Assembly (NCBI GenBank): GCA_963809695.1
Contig: CAWEKI010000012.1
Span: 85,493 to 149,492 of the forward strand
Reading direction: 5' to 3'
Length of the DNA: 64,000 nucleotides
DNA from: an uncultured Bacteroidota bacterium
GTDB taxonomy: Bacteria; Bacteroidota; Ignavibacteria; UBA10030; UBA6906
A program made the position numbers and the translations under genes. Position 1 is the stretch's first letter, and each line of letters opens with the position of its first letter. The notes beneath the pieces were generated by a model, which was not told the DNA's origin, ran no database searches, and saw nothing but the letters and a program-made list of their open reading frames with translations. Below are positions 60,231 through 64,000 of this stretch, in pieces.

Positions 60231-60302
60231 GGGATTTGCTCTATTTCAAAAAAGTCTGTCTCGCTGTCATAATTGCTCTGGTTGCCGTGAAGGAGAAGGT
60301 GC

Positions 60303-60713
60303 ATGAATTTCGCCTCCATGATATGTGCCATTCTCGTCCTGACGTGTTCCAGCTGCAGGACCAGAGATAGCATAACCAACAACACGCCAGCCTCAACCTT
60401 TACGTCAATAAGGGGAACCGGCGCAATTGAAGGATACGTGGGCTACTTCTCGGCAGAGCTTCCCCCCGGCGGAGGCGCTGCTTATCCGTCAGGGTATGCC
60501 GTTTCCAGCCATCATTGGCTAACTGACTCGCCCAAAGTATCATATTGGATGATCTTCTTTGTTGGCAAAGAAAACGAATTGCTCGATGCAGTATACCTGA
60601 GAGTGGCTGGACCGTGGCAGACAAAGCAGACGGCAAGCGGGAAGACGTATATAGAAATGCGCGTGGACAGCCTGGAAGTCATCGAGCGGAGACATTCTCG
60701 CGTCACCAAATAA
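60303..60713 (+). CDS. hypothetical lipoprotein-like protein
   Basis: 136 aa. The N-terminus MNFASMICAILVLTCSSC suggests a lipoprotein signal. No family recognised. Confidence 0.35.
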   Translation: MNFASMICAILVLTCSSCRTRDSITNNTPASTFTSIRGTGAIEGYVGYFSAELPPGGGAAYPSGYAVSSHHWLTDSPKVSYWMIFFVGKENELLDAVYLRVAGPWQTKQTASGKTYIEMRVDSLEVIERRHSRVTK

Positions 60714-60726
60714 AGGAAAATTCGCC

Positions 60727-61614
60727 ATGCAATGCGCTGCCATCAGAAGGGCCTCCGTCCTCGGTGTTCTCATCGGACTTGTCGTTCACCCTTCCGGCGG
60801 GACTGCCGGTCAAGGAACAGACACCTCGTATCTTCCGCTACGCATTGGGAATCAGTGGACTCTCATGAAAGACGGCATGCAGATGACCGAGAGGATCGTT
60901 GACACCGTCCGGATCAATGGTGATCTCTATTTTCAATTTGATACTCTCCGTTTCGAACCAGACGTGTTGTTGCGGGAATCGGGGGCTCGTGTCTACCGGT
61001 ATCTGGACACAAGTGAGGTCCTCTGGTATGATTTTTCGGCGGATTCCGGCGCCACCTGGACGATACCAATGCACGGGCAGATGACCGTGGAGGCAACAAA
61101 CGATAGAATCGTGGTCCCTGCCGGGGATTTCTCTGGTTGCCGGGGTTTCTACTGGCTTCTCGGTCCTGACGCCGCGTCCACTGAGTGGTTCGCACGAGGC
61201 ACGGGATTGGTTAAAAGGGAGATGATAACGATCGCCGGCCCGATGGATTGGTTACTGAAGAGCGCCGTCATCACTTCTGTGGAAGGCGGGACGGAGAATC
61301 GGATGGTCTGCCCGGCTTTCAATCTGGAGCAGAATTATCCGAATCCGTTTAATCCGAGAACAGGTGTTAGGTTTCAGGTGTCAGGTGTCAGTGATGTAAA
61401 GCTGACTGTGTATGACCTTCTCGGCAGAGAGGTGGCAGTGCTGGTGAATGAACGAAAGCCGGCGGGAAACTACACCGCAAACTGGGATGGAAGAACATCT
61501 CGTGGTGTTGCCGTTTCCTCCGGAGCATATTTGTATCGACTGGAGGTGCGGCCTGTGGAAGGCTCCGGCGGAGCGCCGTCAGTACAGACCAAACGGATGG
61601 TGTTGCTCAGGTAA
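60727..61614 (+). CDS. T9SS C-terminal-domain secreted protein (hypothetical)
   Basis: 295 aa. The C-terminal sorting domain is NLEQNYPNPFNPRTGVRFQV…LTVYDLLGREVAVLVNE…SGAYLYRLEV…KRMVLLR. Confidence 0.65.
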   Translation: MQCAAIRRASVLGVLIGLVVHPSGGTAGQGTDTSYLPLRIGNQWTLMKDGMQMTERIVDTVRINGDLYFQFDTLRFEPDVLLRESGARVYRYLDTSEVLWYDFSADSGATWTIPMHGQMTVEATNDRIVVPAGDFSGCRGFYWLLGPDAASTEWFARGTGLVKREMITIAGPMDWLLKSAVITSVEGGTENRMVCPAFNLEQNYPNPFNPRTGVRFQVSGVSDVKLTVYDLLGREVAVLVNERKPAGNYTANWDGRTSRGVAVSSGAYLYRLEVRPVEGSGGAPSVQTKRMVLLR

Positions 61615-61626
61615 AGAGGCACCATC

Positions 61627-62166
61627 GTGTTCGCAGAACGCTGGATAATGAGCGGGTTGAGCATGAAAAGATTTGATTTCTTGGCGATGCTCATGATAGC
61701 AGGATGTCTTTTGTCAATCAGCACCGGTATGACCGCACAGAATGGAGGGGGCAAAAGGCCTCCGGACAACCATCAGCGTGTGACGATCAGGCAGGGCATC
61801 TGGGGGAATGTCTGGCTCTGGGAAGGGGATTTCATGCCGGGGCCCGGGGGAGGGAACCGGGGGCGCGTGACGGCGGTCCGCCGGGAGGTGCGCATCTATG
61901 AGCCGACCTCCGTGGAGGCTCTCACCCCTTCTGCAGGAACGGATTTCACAAAGGTGAAATCCAGGCTTATAAAGAAAGTGAGATCTCTCAACAACGGTTT
62001 TTATCAGGTTTCACTTCCTCCCGGGCGATATAGTATTTTCGTAAAAGAGGGTTCATCGTTGTATGCAAACTGGTTTGACGGGCAGGGGTTTGTTTTTCCG
62101 GTTACGGTTGCGAAGGATAGCGTCACGAAATTTCAGATTAATTTGACGTCTGGGGCGACGTATTAG
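61627..62166 (+). CDS. hypothetical secreted protein
   Basis: 179 aa. Likely real start at an internal Met (MKRFDFLAMLMIAGCLLS). Beta-rich. No family recognised. Confidence 0.35.
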   Translation: MFAERWIMSGLSMKRFDFLAMLMIAGCLLSISTGMTAQNGGGKRPPDNHQRVTIRQGIWGNVWLWEGDFMPGPGGGNRGRVTAVRREVRIYEPTSVEALTPSAGTDFTKVKSRLIKKVRSLNNGFYQVSLPPGRYSIFVKEGSSLYANWFDGQGFVFPVTVAKDSVTKFQINLTSGATY

Positions 62167-62331
62167 AAGGACCCAGCCGGTCACCCGACGGTGAAGCTTC
62201 GCAGACACAAATGGGTTCATACGGGTTAATCTTCCCTTTTTTTTTACTGTTTCTGGCTTCTGACACGTTCAGGTCCTTTGTTTGTTTTAGCTGACGCTCC
62301 GGCACCCGTGATAATACCAATACAAACGTCT

Positions 62332-64000
62332 ATGAAGGGGACTGCTAGTAGGGCAATCATACTGAGCTTGAGCCTCCTGCTCCCGGCTCCCCTGGCCGCG
62401 CAGTACTGGGGCGAACGGGTCCTTGAAAAGTCGTTTGAGCAGACCGACTTCTTTTTCACGCCAAACTATCTGAATCCCTACGGGATCGGGAGTTTCAAGT
62501 CCACAACACCCGGGCTCCTGAAAGATCCTCTTCTGGATTTTGCCGTCAATCCCGCCTCGCTGGCTCTGGACAGCACACAGGCGGCCTATTTGTACACAGA
62601 CTTCCGGAGTGCCCGCAACGTTAAAGAGAAGTCGACGGGCTACTCTCCTCCCTGGCTCTACGCAGTTGACAGGGCCATGTCGAGTGTGGCTTATTATCCC
62701 CGCCTCTACGTGAACGTCCGCCGCGAACTCGAGCCGGTTTTTTCGGGAGCGGCCATCGTTCGCCCGCTCCCTTCGCTCGCCAGCGATCTGTTCATCGGCG
62801 TCACATACCAGATGGTCCTGCAGGATGAGAAGTACTACGAGATTCCCCAGGACATCTACCGGGCGGTGGCCGGATATGATTACAACGGGAGGCAGGCAGC
62901 CGGAGCGGCGAACATGCCTGTCGTGGACAGGTACAACGGGGAAGACAATATGCACGAGGCGGGACACTTCGCAACGGCGTTCATCCGGTTTGGCCTTCCT
63001 GCAGGATTGCAGGCAGGTGCAAAGGTCAGCCGTGTCGAATTTACACGGGCAGGGTCTTTCGGATCCTCCAATCTCTGGGAGTACGCGCCGTACTCATCCG
63101 GCACCTCACTCTGGTCGAACGTGGAGGCGAGAGACCAGGGATATGCGCACTGGGATGCCGCAGCCGGCCTCGAGTACCGTTCCAGCGAACGGATCACCGT
63201 TGGCGTAACAGGTGGCTACCTCCGGGGAGAGGCGACGCAGGCGCTTCGCAACAACGATTCGTCCTTTTATGCGTACTCATCGACATCGTCCACCAGTCTC
63301 TATACCCGTTCCGGCAATACGCTCCAGGAATGGCGCCATGACGGGACCACGACATACTACGGTGCGGATCTGAAAATGCGGCTCTCACCGGCAGCAATGC
63401 TCACACTCTTCTACCAGTATCAACGCGCGAAGATAAACATCGGACTTGGATCAAATGTCCTGGACACGAGCTCGAGCAGCAATATGTGGATGAATGGCGA
63501 AACGCCTGTCAATAGCTACTCCAGATCATACTTGAGTGATGCCCGGTCCGGGGCGGGGACACAAACAGTCTCCACACAGCGGGCAGTGGCAACCCTTCAG
63601 TGGGAGATCGATCCTCGGGTCAATCTGTCGATAGGAGCGTTCGTGGAATGGCAGGATCAGACCATCACGACCAGTGAGGAGGTCCTTGCTTCGAGCCGGT
63701 CGCGATACTGGAATGTGGATGGATCGTACGACTACGGCTATGGACAGCAGGAATCCAAGGACCTCTTCTGGACCTTCACGACAAAGCGGACGAACTTCGA
63801 GATCCCAGTTTTTGTGACGGTGAAAGCAACGGAGGCGCTTGAAGTGCTGTTCGGCTTGAACCGTACTGCGGCGTGGTGGAGGATTGACGACGCCACACTC
63901 GCGCTCTATCGATACCGGCGCTCGGTGTACAACGGACAACAGGAGGAAGCTGAGAACTTCGGCGAACGGTATACCGAACCGCGTGAGGAGGTCAGCGATG
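62332..64000 (+). CDS. outer-membrane-protein-like hypothetical protein, 3'-truncated by window end (not in supplied ORF track)
   Basis: ATG at 62332 (MKGTASRAIILSLSLLLPAPLAAQ signal peptide), then an open frame with no stop to nt 64000 (>555 codons). The sequence is rich in Y/W/G/S/T with alternating patterns typical of beta-barrels. Codon usage matches its neighbours. Confidence 0.5.
   Translation, partial: MKGTASRAIILSLSLLLPAPLAAQYWGERVLEKSFEQTDFFFTPNYLNPYGIGSFKSTTPGLLKDPLLDFAVNPASLALDSTQAAYLYTDFRSARNVKEKSTGYSPPWLYAVDRAMSSVAYYPRLYVNVRRELEPVFSGAAIVRPLPSLASDLFIGVTYQMVLQDEKYYEIPQDIYRAVAGYDYNGRQAAGAANMPVVDRYNGEDNMHEAGHFATAFIRFGLPAGLQAGAKVSRVEFTRAGSFGSSNLWEYAPYSSGTSLWSNVEARDQGYAHWDAAAGLEYRSSERITVGVTGGYLRGEATQALRNNDSSFYAYSSTSSTSLYTRSGNTLQEWRHDGTTTYYGADLKMRLSPAAMLTLFYQYQRAKINIGLGSNVLDTSSSSNMWMNGETPVNSYSRSYLSDARSGAGTQTVSTQRAVATLQWEIDPRVNLSIGAFVEWQDQTITTSEEVLASSRSRYWNVDGSYDYGYGQQESKDLFWTFTTKRTNFEIPVFVTVKATEALEVLFGLNRTAAWWRIDDATLALYRYRRSVYNGQQEEAENFGERYTEPREEVSD

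Overview
GC-rich 64-kb window from a diderm bacterium; gene density is about 90% and coding is almost entirely on the + strand. Two proteins end in a type IX secretion (T9SS) C-terminal sorting domain, and the TonB-dependent receptors carry carboxypeptidase-regulatory-like N-domains, which points to the FCB / Bacteroidota-like sphere. The two clearest promoters, however, are E. coli sigma70-like (TTGACA-N17-TATACT/TATATT), not Bacteroides-type. I cannot assign the lineage from sequence alone.

Contents by region:
- ~0.2-22.8 kb: pectin / rhamnogalacturonan-type polysaccharide utilisation cluster. It encodes GH130, GH78 alpha-L-rhamnosidase with a PA14 domain, a frameshifted glutaminase-A-like gene, GH116-like, an unknown 717-aa secreted protein, a GH27/36-like alpha-galactosidase, GH28, GH105, a LacI-family regulator, a GH28 fusion and a CE8 pectinesterase.
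- 22.8-34 kb: tightly overlapping hexuronate catabolic operon: uxaE-uxaC-kduD-kduI-exuT-SDR reductase-gnd-larA-like-kdgK-HAD.
- 34-43.3 kb: a secreted pectin-locus protein, a 1010-aa TonB-dependent receptor, a T9SS-sorted beta-helix protein and an M16 peptidase.
- 43.4-45.8 kb (minus strand): a decahaem c-type cytochrome followed by an outer-membrane beta-barrel, a candidate porin-cytochrome module.
- 46-55.6 kb: VanZ, GxGYxYP-family putative glycosidase, DoxX plus a trihaem cytochrome c, YjbQ, DUF2892, a TPR protein, OsmC, and a cytochrome-b5-like protein coupled to a PLP-dependent decarboxylase.
- 55.6-60.2 kb: ECF sigma factor, FecR anti-sigma and a TonB-dependent transducer with an STN signalling domain.
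- 60.3-64 kb: secreted, T9SS-sorted and outer-membrane-like proteins. The last ORF runs off the window and is absent from the supplied ORF track.

No rRNA, tRNA, CRISPR array, IS element or integrase was found. Most long minus-strand ORFs in the supplied track are antisense artefacts of the high GC content.
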